Shown here: piece after piece, positions 20,525 through 30,811 of the stretch
How the letters are laid out: each line of letters opens with the position of its first letter
Position numbering within the stretch: position 1 is the stretch's first letter
From: Nostoc sp.
Lineage (GTDB): Bacteria; Cyanobacteriota; Cyanobacteriia; Cyanobacteriales; Nostocaceae
Assembly: GCA_036918135.1 (NCBI GenBank)
Contig: JBALDB010000017.1
Location: 1 to 64,000 of the forward strand
DNA length: 64,000 nt
Direction: 5' to 3'
Notes under the pieces: model-generated
What the model saw: the letters and a program-made list of their open reading frames with translations, nothing else
What the model was told of the DNA's origin: nothing
Database searches by the model: none
Made by a program: the position numbers and the translations under genes

Positions 20525-21433
20525 ATGAAAATCAAAAATTCTCAAATTTTAATTAGTTTGTTAGGAGCGATCGCACTCCTGACCACCGCTGGTTATTATT
20601 ATGTATTTATCTTAGGTGCGCCGCAACTAGACCCACCCCAAGAACAAGCAAATACTGGGTTAAAGTTTCAAGTAGCAACCTTCAACTCCCAAGCAATGGG
20701 TGCAGTCCGCAGCTATGGTGTAATTTTGCCACCTGACTATCACAAAAATCAACAAAAGCGCTACCCCGTGATATTCTTACTACATGGAGGACATGACGAT
20801 GCTCGTGCTTATGCTGATAAATATGCAATTATAGAGGTGTTGCATGAACTTTATCAAACTAAAAAATTACCGCCATCGATTGTGATTACACCTGATGGTA
20901 ATGATAATCGTGGTTCCAGTCCTTTGTACGATCCTGATTATTTTGACGGCCCCAATGGCAAAGTCGGCACTTTGATTGGCTCAGAATTAGTACAAGTTGT
21001 CAAGTCACACTACCGGACTTTAGAAAAACCCCAATTCTGGGCGCTAGGAGGTATATCTTCTGGGGGATGGGGAGCTTTTAATATTGGGTTTCGCTATCTC
21101 AACAACTTCAATATTCTGTTTAGCCATAGCGGTTATTTTACTGATAGCAGCGGTTCACAAAATAGTCCCCAACAAATTGTCCAACAGCTACCAATTCCAG
21201 ATAGAAAACAATTGCGAATTTATCTAGACGCAGGTGTGAATGATACTAATTTATTAGCTTCTACTAAAGCCTTCAACGAAACCTTAAATCAGTTAAGCAT
21301 TGCTCATGTATTTTATGCATTTCCAGGTGGTCATGGTTTGTCTGGTGCCGATATTGGTTGGAACTACTTCCACAAACATCTCAAAGATTCTCTCTCCTAT
21401 GTAGGAAAACAGTTTAAAAATTTAGGAGCTTAG
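20525..21433 (+). CDS. Esterase family alpha/beta hydrolase with N-terminal anchor
   Basis: RYPVIFLLHGG, GISSGG nucleophile elbow, PGGH catalytic His region. Confidence 0.85.
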   Translation: MKIKNSQILISLLGAIALLTTAGYYYVFILGAPQLDPPQEQANTGLKFQVATFNSQAMGAVRSYGVILPPDYHKNQQKRYPVIFLLHGGHDDARAYADKYAIIEVLHELYQTKKLPPSIVITPDGNDNRGSSPLYDPDYFDGPNGKVGTLIGSELVQVVKSHYRTLEKPQFWALGGISSGGWGAFNIGFRYLNNFNILFSHSGYFTDSSGSQNSPQQIVQQLPIPDRKQLRIYLDAGVNDTNLLASTKAFNETLNQLSIAHVFYAFPGGHGLSGADIGWNYFHKHLKDSLSYVGKQFKNLGA

Positions 21434-21466
21434 AATTTAATAATTTTAACAGTAAAACTATTAAAA

Positions 21467-23137
21467 ATGACAAATAATTTAAAAACTCAGATTGGACTTT
21501 GGAGTGCAGCGTTACTTACAGCCTTAGTTGGCGTAGTAAATTTGTTATCAGCAGTAACACCTAACCTCTACGGAAGAAATCAATGGTTAAAGGAATTTTT
21601 ACCATTTGAAATTCGTGCTACTGGTCATATTTTTGCAGCACTAACTGGGTTTATTTTACTTACACTTGCTACTAATTTATTACGAAGAAAAAGAATAGCT
21701 TGGTTACTTACTCTTAGTCTGCTAATAGTTTCCATTTTTAGCCACTTGCTGAAAGGATTGGACTATGAAGAAAGTCTACTATCGGGAGTTTTATTAGTGC
21801 AATTAATTCTGATGCGCCATATTTTTACAGCGCAATCAGACCGTCCTTCTATTGGACGGGGAGTGCGAGTGCTTCTCGGTGCTTTATTATTTACGCTGGC
21901 ATACGGAACCATTGGATTTTATTTGTTAGACGGCAAGTTCTCGGAGAATTTTAATTGGCGTCAAGCTGTACTTCAAACTTTAGCAATGTTCTTTACTGAG
22001 GACAATTTAGGACTACAACCAAAGAGTAATTTTGGAGAGTTTTTTGCTAATTCTATCTATATTATTGCAGCAGTTACTATTACATACGCAATAATAATGT
22101 TATTACAACCTGTATTATGGCGTAATTTAGTAACTCCTCATGAGCGACAAAAAGCTAAAGAAATTGTCGAACAAAATGGACATTCTTCTTTAGCAGCTTT
22201 GACACTTTTAAATGATAAAAGTTATTATTTCAGCCCTTCTAGTAAAAGTCTGATTGCTTATGTTCCCAAAGGACGAGGTGCGATCGCCTTAGGCGATCCC
22301 ATAGGGCCAATTGAAGACCGCAAAGAGACAATTATTGCTTTTCAACAGTTTTGTCAACGCAACGATTGGTATCCCGCTTTTTACCAAACTTTGCCCGATG
22401 ATGTTGAGCTTTACAAATTATTGGGATTTCGAGTACTCAAAATTGGAGAAGAAGCGATCGTTGATTTGAAAAGTTTTACTCTACAAGGTAAAGCTGGGAA
22501 AAATTTTAGACCATCAATCAATCGTTTAACTAAATTAGGATACCGAATTAACTTTTACCAACCACCAATTGACAATGATTTATTGCACTTACTTAAACCC
22601 GTAAGCGATGAATGGCTAAAGATGGTACAAGGTTCGGAAAAACACTTTTCTTTAGGTTGGTTTGATGAAGCTTATTTGCGAGAGTGCGAGATTGCTGTGA
22701 TGCATAGTCCAGAAGGTCAAATCATTGCCTTTGCTAATATTATCCCAGAGTATCAACTCAACGAAGCAACTATTGATTTGATGCGCTATCGCCCGTCCAT
22801 TGAAAATGGCACAATGGACTTTTTATTTATTTCGCTGCTCCAGCATTTTAAAGAATATGGTTATGATAGCTTTAATTTCGGTCTTTCTGCCCTAGCAGGA
22901 GTTGGAGATAACCCAGAATCGCGCCGCTTAGAGAAAATATTGCACTATCTTTACGAGCATTTGAGTCGCTTCTACAATTTCCAAGGATTGCACGCCTACA
23001 AAGAGAAGTTCCATCCCCGTTGGGAAGCACGCTATTTAGTGTATCCTAGTTTAGCTGCTTTACCAGATGTAGTTGTAGCATTGATTCGCGCTGATTCAGG
23101 CGATCGCCTTTTTGATTATTTCAAACCTGGAGCCTAA
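21467..23137 (+). CDS. Phosphatidylglycerol lysyltransferase (MprF/LysX synthase, DUF2156) domain protein
   Basis: About 6 TM helices then ALGDPIG, IGEEAIVDL, IDLMRY, GTMDFLF, YNFQGLHAYKEKFHPRWEARYL. Confidence 0.9.
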   Translation: MTNNLKTQIGLWSAALLTALVGVVNLLSAVTPNLYGRNQWLKEFLPFEIRATGHIFAALTGFILLTLATNLLRRKRIAWLLTLSLLIVSIFSHLLKGLDYEESLLSGVLLVQLILMRHIFTAQSDRPSIGRGVRVLLGALLFTLAYGTIGFYLLDGKFSENFNWRQAVLQTLAMFFTEDNLGLQPKSNFGEFFANSIYIIAAVTITYAIIMLLQPVLWRNLVTPHERQKAKEIVEQNGHSSLAALTLLNDKSYYFSPSSKSLIAYVPKGRGAIALGDPIGPIEDRKETIIAFQQFCQRNDWYPAFYQTLPDDVELYKLLGFRVLKIGEEAIVDLKSFTLQGKAGKNFRPSINRLTKLGYRINFYQPPIDNDLLHLLKPVSDEWLKMVQGSEKHFSLGWFDEAYLRECEIAVMHSPEGQIIAFANIIPEYQLNEATIDLMRYRPSIENGTMDFLFISLLQHFKEYGYDSFNFGLSALAGVGDNPESRRLEKILHYLYEHLSRFYNFQGLHAYKEKFHPRWEARYLVYPSLAALPDVVVALIRADSGDRLFDYFKPGA

Positions 23138-23300
23138 ATGTGCAAAAATTATGCCCTAATTGAAAAAATTCGCCATGATTTTGCTCAAATCGCTTTGGAT
23201 GAGCAAGAAGGCTGGAATCACAACAGTCATTATCATAATTTTCTCCTCAAATAGTTACCATTACACTGTCAAAAGGTTCTTGATATTAGGTATGGAACCA
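23138..23300 (+). pseudogene. Class I SAM-dependent methyltransferase 5' fragment
   Basis: MCKNYALIEKIRHDFAQIALDEQEGWNHNSHYHNFLLK*LPLHCQKVLDIRYGT; stop at 23252, decayed VLDIGCGT motif, then truncated. Confidence 0.65.
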
Positions 23301-23453
23301 AAATGCAGAGATTGAACTGTTACTATTAGTTGGGTTGAGGTACGTAGCAAGCTCGTGTAGGGTAACCTAACATCCTTAAGACTGTTGCGAGATTATAAAG
23401 AATTGGTATAACACGCTATCACAAGGCAATTTCTACGACGACAGCTACACAAC

Positions 23454-23487
23454 TTGACATTTATATAGTACAATTGTACTATATAAA
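23454..23487 (+). promoter_or_regulatory. Sigma70-type promoter overlapped by a LexA box
   Basis: TTGACA (23454-23459), 17 bp, TACTAT (23477-23482); 28-bp perfect palindrome containing AGTACAATTGTACT, which fits RGTACNNNDGTWCB. Confidence 0.8.
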
Positions 23488-23730
23488 GATGAATATCTGG
23501 TGAGTATGTAACTCGAAGTTTGGCAGAAAATACCCAAACTTTGTAATCACTGAACGCCCATAGTAGCTAGTTAGTGAAGCAATTGCGATCGCACAGTATT
23601 TATTTGTGTGAAATATGCCAATTAGCATCAATTTCTTGTATGTTTACTCTTCTATTTTGCATAGTTTAAATAGCTTCTTTTAGCAAATTAATCAGTTTAA
23701 TTAACCATAGTTTTCTTCAAAGGTGATAAG

Positions 23731-25122
23731 ATGAAAAATCATAAAATTTCTTTGGTAGAACTAATCCAAATTTTTGCAGAATATCACAACAATATTATTG
23801 TCAATATTAAACACCTCGAAGAAAATTATCAAAGAACAGGTATCAAGCGTGTTAAAGGTGTGAGAGACGAAAAAGGAGAACTGCTGCAACCTTGGTTGCG
23901 AACAGAAAATATAGATAATGCTGAATATGTTGGTATGGGCGAGTTTCACTTTAATCGCAATACCGCTACTATTAATATGCTAATCAAACGTCAAGTCAAA
24001 CTTGCTAAATTAGTAGATAAAACTCCAACTCTTGAGATAGCAGGTTTGTTAGTCAATAACCTCAATAGCTTTAACAATTATACTATTGTCAGGGAAGGTA
24101 AAATAAACCTCAAATCCTTAAAAGTTAAAATTAGTAGTAAAAAAGCTTTTAACTTGCTTAAAGAAAAAGATGTGTTGGATGTAAAAGATTTTGATTTTCG
24201 TGCTGAATATACTATCCAGCTAGATAACTTGCCGCTTGTAGCTGCTGATAGTCATTACAGCAACATTGATGGACTATTCAATCACCTTGCAGAAATTAAA
24301 ATACTTAATAGTATTATTTCTGCTCATTTGAAAAAGGAATCAGATATATTTGTAGCAGAACAGTTAGATGAGCTTAAAAAGCACTATCTCTCCAAGAATG
24401 TTTATATCAACTTTCCGACAACTAATGAATACACAGACATCCAGCAAGCTCTAGTGAATGGTACTCTGGAATCGAGATTGAGCTATAAAATAGACATTGG
24501 TAGTCAAGATATTCTGAACTTGAGTAAGTTACGTTCTGCTAACAAATTTTTGAATAGAATGTATCGTCTTTATGATAAAAAGACTGGAGAAATTATCACC
24601 AAGCCAAGTTTTGAGATGGTATTTAATGAGAACCTTGCTGTTAGGCAGAGGCTACTATCATCACGTACCAAAATTACAAAAGTAGATGAGTTTATGCTCC
24701 CAATTTTTGATGATTTTCTTGGACTTGAGCAAAATGGTATAATCATAGATATTCTTATGAAAGTTGGTGCTGATAGTTTGGCACAGTTATTGCAGGATAA
24801 ACAAACTGGCAAACAAATTAGTAAAGAAGAAATGGTTACAGCTTTAACAACTGCAAATACTAAGTTAGAGCAGTATGCTGAAAAAATTTACCAATACAAG
24901 ATTTCTCCCTTAGTATTTTACATTGGTTGTACTGGAGTATTGCCAAAAACAATGCAAGCAAAAGCCATGACTTCTAAAGAAGCTGCTACTAAATATCCCA
25001 ATTTGGAATTTTCTAAAAATGAGCAACAAGGTACTTTTTTTGCAGTTGGTAATAGTCTTCTTAGTATCTATGCAAAAACAGAATATTACAGTAAACTTGT
25101 TTCTGTTGGCATAGACAATTAG
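23731..25122 (+). CDS. Hypothetical protein, 463 aa, probably LexA-regulated
   Basis: Long ORF with AAGGTG RBS; no recognisable catalytic motif. Confidence 0.8.
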   Translation: MKNHKISLVELIQIFAEYHNNIIVNIKHLEENYQRTGIKRVKGVRDEKGELLQPWLRTENIDNAEYVGMGEFHFNRNTATINMLIKRQVKLAKLVDKTPTLEIAGLLVNNLNSFNNYTIVREGKINLKSLKVKISSKKAFNLLKEKDVLDVKDFDFRAEYTIQLDNLPLVAADSHYSNIDGLFNHLAEIKILNSIISAHLKKESDIFVAEQLDELKKHYLSKNVYINFPTTNEYTDIQQALVNGTLESRLSYKIDIGSQDILNLSKLRSANKFLNRMYRLYDKKTGEIITKPSFEMVFNENLAVRQRLLSSRTKITKVDEFMLPIFDDFLGLEQNGIIIDILMKVGADSLAQLLQDKQTGKQISKEEMVTALTTANTKLEQYAEKIYQYKISPLVFYIGCTGVLPKTMQAKAMTSKEAATKYPNLEFSKNEQQGTFFAVGNSLLSIYAKTEYYSKLVSVGIDN

Positions 25123-25209
25123 ATTGCATAGCAATTCTAATTTTACTGATTAGACAGTAGTGGTACAAGCTTTTGTACCATTAAAAATATATATTATTAA
25201 TCTAATTGA

Positions 25210-25309
25210 TATAGCAGGAGGCAGAAGGCAGAAGGCAGGAGGTAGAACTATTAGTATTCATAGCATTCACGCTTGTCATAATGTCCTAATCTATATGACT
25301 ACGGCTATA
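25210..25309 (-). mobile_element. MITE-like repeat family A copy 2
   Basis: Reverse-complement homolog of 2849-2976 with TATAGC...GCTATA ends; between convergent genes. Confidence 0.7.
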
Positions 25310-25364
25310 ACTATTGAAAATAATTTATCTACAATTTAAGAATATTAATTTTTTAACAGCTTTA

Positions 25365-27017
25365 TTACTCTAAAGTTTTACTCAATCTATTTACTTTTCT
25401 ACGTTTATTTTGTTGAATAGGAACCTCAATTATTAACTTTGCTCCTTTTCCTAAAGATGAAATACATCGCAGTTGTCCCTGATGTTTTTCTGTGATAATT
25501 TGATAGCTAATTGACATCCCTAAACCAGTTCCTTTGCCTACTACTTTAGTCGTGAAGAAGGGATCGAATAGACGTTGTTGAATTTCTTGGGACATTCCCC
25601 CTCCGTTATCAGCAATCTCAATAGCAACCCAATTTGAGTTGAGTAACTCAGTACGAATAATGATTTGTGGATTGTAACTTGACTGCTGATTTTTAATATG
25701 TAATTCTTCCAAAGCATCGATCGCATTAGTAATAATGTTTATAAATACCTGGTTAAGTTGACCTGCGTAACACTCTATTAGAGGAAGTTGAGCATACTCT
25801 TTAATAATTTGGATTTGGGAACTATCAGGCTTAGCTTTGAGGCGATTTTGTAAAATCATTAGCGTACTATCAATTCCCTCGTGGATATTGACTGCTTTCA
25901 TTTCTGCTTCATCTAGTCGCGAAAAGTTCCGCAATGAAAGTACAATGTTGCTAATGCGATTACTGCCGATTTGCATTGAATTTAGTAATTTTTTTAGGTC
26001 TTCAATTAGAAAATCTAACTCTATCGCTTCTATTTCTTCCTGAATCACTGATGTTGGTTGGGGATATTCTTTTTGGTAAAGTTGCAGTATTTTTAATAAT
26101 TGTTGGATGTATTCTTTAGCATGGGTGATATTGCCATTGATAAAGTTAATCGGATTATTAATTTCATGAGCTACACCTGCGACCAATTGTCCCAAAGACG
26201 ACATCTTTTCTGTTTGAATTAATTGTGCTTGGGTCTTTTGTAATTGTTCAAGGGTTTCTTGAAGTTGTTGATTTTTTAGGGTTAATTCCTGCTCCCGCTG
26301 TCGCAAAGCAGCCTCGGCTTTTTTGACAGCAGTAATATCTAAACCCATTTCTACAACCATTGGCTCACCATTCATATCCTTGAATGGATAATCGTAAATC
26401 TGATATACCCGATCTGTTTTACTATCCACCCATTCCCAGAGTTGCGGAGCGTTGCTATTAAAAACACGAAAGGTAGGACATACAGGACAAGGTTGCTTTA
26501 ATCCGGCGATCGCCTCGTGACAACGTTTCCCTGTAGGGTCTCCAAATACCTCGCGAAAGCGTTGGTTAAAGAATCCCACCCCGTAATCCTTGGGTTGAAG
26601 ATATAGAAAGGCTGGTAACTGATTGAGTAGGTTATAAAGGCTTTGGCGTTCAGTTTGTAGCGCTTCTATTCGCCGCAGTTGTTGGCTGATGTCTTTACCT
26701 ACTGCATAGATGAGTCCCTTTTGAGAAGTTGATAAACTCCAACACAGCCACCGATAACTGCCATCTTTATGAAGATAACGACTATCCCAGTGTAACTGCT
26801 GCTGTGGTTCTGTTGGCAGCTGACTGGTTGTGATATCTTCTGGATGCACTAATTCCAACCACGGATGTCCGATCAAGTTTTCGGCTTTCCATCCCAACAC
26901 TTGTTCCCATGCTGGATTCACTTGCTGGTAAAAACCATCTTGTCTGATAATACAGAATAGGTCAGATGAAAGGTAAAAAAAGTCTTCCAGATTAAACACA
27001 GTAATCTTACCACTCAA
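25365..27017 (-). CDS. PAS sensor histidine kinase (NtrB-like HisKA)
   Basis: PAS, EKMSSLGQLVAGVAHEINNP, NAIDA, DNGGG, GKGTGLG. Confidence 0.9.
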   Translation of the reverse strand: MSGKITVFNLEDFFYLSSDLFCIIRQDGFYQQVNPAWEQVLGWKAENLIGHPWLELVHPEDITTSQLPTEPQQQLHWDSRYLHKDGSYRWLCWSLSTSQKGLIYAVGKDISQQLRRIEALQTERQSLYNLLNQLPAFLYLQPKDYGVGFFNQRFREVFGDPTGKRCHEAIAGLKQPCPVCPTFRVFNSNAPQLWEWVDSKTDRVYQIYDYPFKDMNGEPMVVEMGLDITAVKKAEAALRQREQELTLKNQQLQETLEQLQKTQAQLIQTEKMSSLGQLVAGVAHEINNPINFINGNITHAKEYIQQLLKILQLYQKEYPQPTSVIQEEIEAIELDFLIEDLKKLLNSMQIGSNRISNIVLSLRNFSRLDEAEMKAVNIHEGIDSTLMILQNRLKAKPDSSQIQIIKEYAQLPLIECYAGQLNQVFINIITNAIDALEELHIKNQQSSYNPQIIIRTELLNSNWVAIEIADNGGGMSQEIQQRLFDPFFTTKVVGKGTGLGMSISYQIITEKHQGQLRCISSLGKGAKLIIEVPIQQNKRRKVNRLSKTLE

Positions 27018-27256
27018 GTTCTGCCTTCAAGGTAACTAGGCATATCCACTAACTTCAATGTTAAGATTACTGAAGTCGTTATATATAGTAATCTGATTTT
27101 ATTTGGGAAAAAATTTAAGTATATTTAGGGAAGCCAGCCTTGTAACAGTGGGTTTCCCCAATTGAGCAGAGTCGTAGTACGTTAGCAAAGTGTAAGGCAT
27201 TCGCAAAAACCACAAGTTGTAATTTACATTTAATTGAAATTGTCCTTTAGATTTAT

Positions 27257-27880
27257 CTAAAATGCTGATGTTTGCGTTCCCACTGCTGATTGAATAACTA
27301 AATCAGCAATCCCACCGAGTCCCGTACCAAATTCTGGAATTATAAACAGAAGCATCATCGCAAAAAGTCCAAATTGGGTATGTTCTAATGGTTTTAGCTT
27401 CGGAAAAATTTCACTGAAGACATGAAAGCCATCAAGTGGTGGAATTGGTAAGAGATTAAACACAAATAAGGTCAAATTGATTCGAGCCGCTAAGTAAAGA
27501 AATTCGATACTAAAGAGTCCTGAAAAACTCAGATTAGAAAGAAGTTTCAGCATCACAATAAATAGAATGCCTAAAGTCAGATTTGATAATGGCCCAGCTG
27601 CGGATACTAAAATATTGCCCAGCTTAGGAGAACGAAACTTAGAAGGGTTGACAGGCATTTGTCCCCAAGCGATACCCATGAGACAGAGAAATATAATTGA
27701 TTCTTTGCCCATATGAACTATAGGATTAAGCGTGAGATGACCAGTTTTTTGGGGGGTGTTATCTCCCTGACTCATAGCAGCCCAGCCGTGAGCAAGTTCA
27801 TGCAAAGTGATAGAAAATATGACAATTATAATGATTCTGAAAAAATAAATCGGCTCTGTGATTAATGTTTCAATAAACAT
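27257..27880 (-). CDS. Site-2 protease family (M50) metalloprotease
   Basis: HELAH and NLLPIPPLDG motifs. Confidence 0.9.
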   Translation of the reverse strand: MFIETLITEPIYFFRIIIIVIFSITLHELAHGWAAMSQGDNTPQKTGHLTLNPIVHMGKESIIFLCLMGIAWGQMPVNPSKFRSPKLGNILVSAAGPLSNLTLGILFIVMLKLLSNLSFSGLFSIEFLYLAARINLTLFVFNLLPIPPLDGFHVFSEIFPKLKPLEHTQFGLFAMMLLFIIPEFGTGLGGIADLVIQSAVGTQTSAF

Positions 27881-28698
27881 ATATTTTTGTTTTTGGTATG
27901 GTAGAAGCTAAAATTTAGGCTTTTTAAGGACTAAGTTAAAACGTGTACCTCACTTTTGTAGATATATACCGTTCTACAAACTGAGGTTGATACTTTTCGT
28001 ATTCTTTGCCAAATATTTATTTTTACAAAACGAAATGCTCTAGATTAGTTGATATGAGCGATCGCCAAGCCAGACAACTCTTTAAAGTCAGCTTTTTCTC
28101 ACTACAACCATCGAGTTCTTATCTCTGCCAATTGCAACGCATAGCAAAGCTGAGTCAGATAGTTTTAGTATCATAATTTACTATCTTTTGGTAATGCCCC
28201 ATTTGTGTATTTACAAGTTAATGATATAAATTTTACCAAATAAATACGTAATCTTCTCCGGTATTATTTGGTATTTATGATAAAGAAAACTTAAAAAGTA
28301 AATTATTTTTAATTGATTATATAGTTGATAAAAAATTTTTAATAACACTTTAAAGGTGAAAAAAGTACCAGTAAATACGGATTAATTTTAAATTTTTAGA
28401 GGTAAAAACTTGAGATTTTTAGTCCTTACTTAGGTATTTCAAAAAAATAAAATACTCCTGAGTCAATAACTAGATAATAAATTATCGATATTTCAGCTTT
28501 GTTGATATTTAATAGCAACTGTAGTTTCACGTATATAAAAATAAAGTCACTACTGTCTTTTTACTTTGTATAATATTTTTTAAAGTTAATTTTATTACCT
28601 GATACCGCAATAGATTTACTAATAATCTTTAAGAAAATTATCCAGAAATCAACTTCAATGAGACAATCTGACCTAATCTTCTCAACCTCAAGGAAGAC

Positions 28699-28974
28699 AT
28701 GAACAATCGCACAAAGGCTCTCCAGGCTCTCGCGGCTGAACGTTGGCGGGTATCGCTGATTCTGAGTGGAGCCATGATGTTAATTTACTTTGGTTTTATC
28801 CTGTTAATCGCCTTCAATAAGCCTCTGTTGGGGTCATTAGTAGTTCCAGGTCTGAGTCTGGGAATTTTACTAGGGGCGCTGGTAATTGTCTCAGCATGGG
28901 TATTAATTTTTATTTACGTGCGTTGGGCAAACAGCAGTTACGATGACCAAATCGCAAACCTGACACGCAAGTGA
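28699..28974 (+). CDS. DUF485 (YjcH-like) small membrane protein
   Basis: Two TM helices, YVRWAN...D motif, directly upstream of actP. Confidence 0.85.
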   Translation: MNNRTKALQALAAERWRVSLILSGAMMLIYFGFILLIAFNKPLLGSLVVPGLSLGILLGALVIVSAWVLIFIYVRWANSSYDDQIANLTRK

Positions 28975-29028
28975 ATTAATTATTAGCAATTTCTAGTCCA
29001 AAATCCCAAATATTAAACCCAAATAAGC

Positions 29029-30603
29029 ATGAATATTGTGTTTTGGTGCGATCTGCCAGTAGCGGCAGCGGATATTTCCAGACTTGGCCAGTTTAACCCG
29101 TTGGCGATCGCTTTCTTTTTTGTGTTTGTTGCAACTTCTTTAGGCATTACCTATTGGGCAGCAAAGCTCACTAAAAGTACGTCACACTTTTACACAGCTG
29201 ACGGTAAAATCAGCGGTTTCCAAAATGGGGTAGCCTTGGCGGGAGACTTCATGAGTGCAGCTAGCTTTTTAGGTATCGCTGGGTTGGTGGCACTCAACGG
29301 CTTTGACGGCTTGATTTATTCTATCGGCTTCTTGGTGGGCTGGCCAATTGTGATGTTTCTAATTGCGGAACCACTACGTAACTTAGGCAAATACACTTTT
29401 GCCGATGTGGTAGCTTATCGCTTGCGCCAAAAACCTGTACGCATAGCATCTGCGATTGGAACCTTGGCAGTGATTAGCTTCTATTTAATTGCCCAGATGG
29501 TAGGTGCTGGCGAACTAATCAAACTATTGTTTGGCTTTGATTACGAATTAGCTGTGGTCATCGTCGGTTGTGTGATGATGGCTTATGTAATTTTTGGCGG
29601 CATGATTGCCACAACTTGGGTACAAATTATCAAAGCAGTTCTGTTGCTTGGCGGAACTATCTTACTATCTATCTTAGTACTGGCACGATTTGGCTTTAAC
29701 CCGATCGCTCTTTTTGCCGCTGCATCTGAGAAATATACAGGTGTATTAGCTCCAGGCAAACAGGTTTCTGACCCCTTCGATGCTATTTCTTTAGGGATGT
29801 CGTTGATGTTCGGCACTGCTGGACTACCCCACATTCTGATGCGTTTCTATACAGTACCCGATGCCAAAGCAGCGCGAGTATCTGTTAGTTACGCCACAGC
29901 TATTATTGGCGCTTTTTATCTTTTGACCTTCATTTTAGGCTTTGGGGCGATGGTACTAGTTGGTCAAGATGCCATCAAGGAAATTAATACTAGTGGTAAT
30001 ATGGCTGCACCAATGTTGGCAGAATTTCTCGGTGGTGATGCTTTCTTAGGCTTTATAGCTGCTGTTTCCTTTGCAACCATTTTGGCGGTTGTGGCTGGGT
30101 TGACACTTTCAGGTGCAGCTGCATTGTCTCACGATTTGTGGGTGAACGTGGTGCGCTCCGGTCATGCTGATGAGTCAGAACAGCTGAAGGTGGCTCGCGG
30201 TGCAACAATGCTTTTGGGGTTAGTAGCTATACTCTTGGGCATCTTGTTTAAAGGACAAAACGTGGCTTATATGGTAGGTTTAGCATTTGCGATCGCTGCT
30301 AGTGCCAACTTCCCAGCCTTGCTGCTATCAATGCTTTGGCGACGCTTCACCACCAACGGGGCGGTTGCAAGTATGGTAGTAGGTACTTTCTCTTCATTAA
30401 TACTGATTTATTTGTCACCTACTATTCAGGTAACAATTCTCAAGCACGCTTCTGCACCCTTCCCACTGAAAAATCCTGGATTAGTCACTATTCCTCTAGC
30501 ATTTATTGTGGCGATTGTTGTTTCACTATTGAGTAATGAACGGCAGGCGCAGGAAAAATTTGCAGAAGTTGAGGATCGCATCCACATTGGTTCTGGGATG
30601 TGA
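29029..30603 (+). CDS. actP: Cation/acetate symporter (SSS family)
   Basis: [48 protein letters not shown]; paired with DUF485. Confidence 0.88.
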   Translation: MNIVFWCDLPVAAADISRLGQFNPLAIAFFFVFVATSLGITYWAAKLTKSTSHFYTADGKISGFQNGVALAGDFMSAASFLGIAGLVALNGFDGLIYSIGFLVGWPIVMFLIAEPLRNLGKYTFADVVAYRLRQKPVRIASAIGTLAVISFYLIAQMVGAGELIKLLFGFDYELAVVIVGCVMMAYVIFGGMIATTWVQIIKAVLLLGGTILLSILVLARFGFNPIALFAAASEKYTGVLAPGKQVSDPFDAISLGMSLMFGTAGLPHILMRFYTVPDAKAARVSVSYATAIIGAFYLLTFILGFGAMVLVGQDAIKEINTSGNMAAPMLAEFLGGDAFLGFIAAVSFATILAVVAGLTLSGAAALSHDLWVNVVRSGHADESEQLKVARGATMLLGLVAILLGILFKGQNVAYMVGLAFAIAASANFPALLLSMLWRRFTTNGAVASMVVGTFSSLILIYLSPTIQVTILKHASAPFPLKNPGLVTIPLAFIVAIVVSLLSNERQAQEKFAEVEDRIHIGSGM

Positions 30604-30606
30604 TTT

Positions 30607-30697
30607 TATACCAGGAGGCAGGAGGCAGAAGGTAAAACATTACTATTCCTGACATCCAAGCTTTCAAGATGTCCTAACCTTTAATTCGGTTGCTATA
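30607..30697 (-). mobile_element. MITE-like repeat family A copy 3 (diverged)
   Basis: CAGGAGGCAGGAGGCAGAAGGTAAAAC...ATGTCCTAA...GCTATA. Confidence 0.55.
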
Positions 30698-30705
30698 TCA
30701 AATAT

Positions 30706-30758
30706 AATTCGTAATTTCTAATTCGTAATTCGTAATTGAATTCTTAATTACGAATTAC
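30706..30758. repeat. AATTCGT heptamer STRR tract with an inverted arm
   Basis: AATTCGTAATT repeats followed by AATTACGAATTAC. Confidence 0.6.
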
Positions 30759-30811
30759 ATAGCTTACTTCTCGCCAAAAACGAGTATTGTAACTAAAACC
30801 TTGGTTTATAT

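Noticed and set aside
27890..28690. 800-bp AT-rich gap upstream of DUF485-actP
   Set aside because: No convincing ORF, repeat array or operator found by eye.
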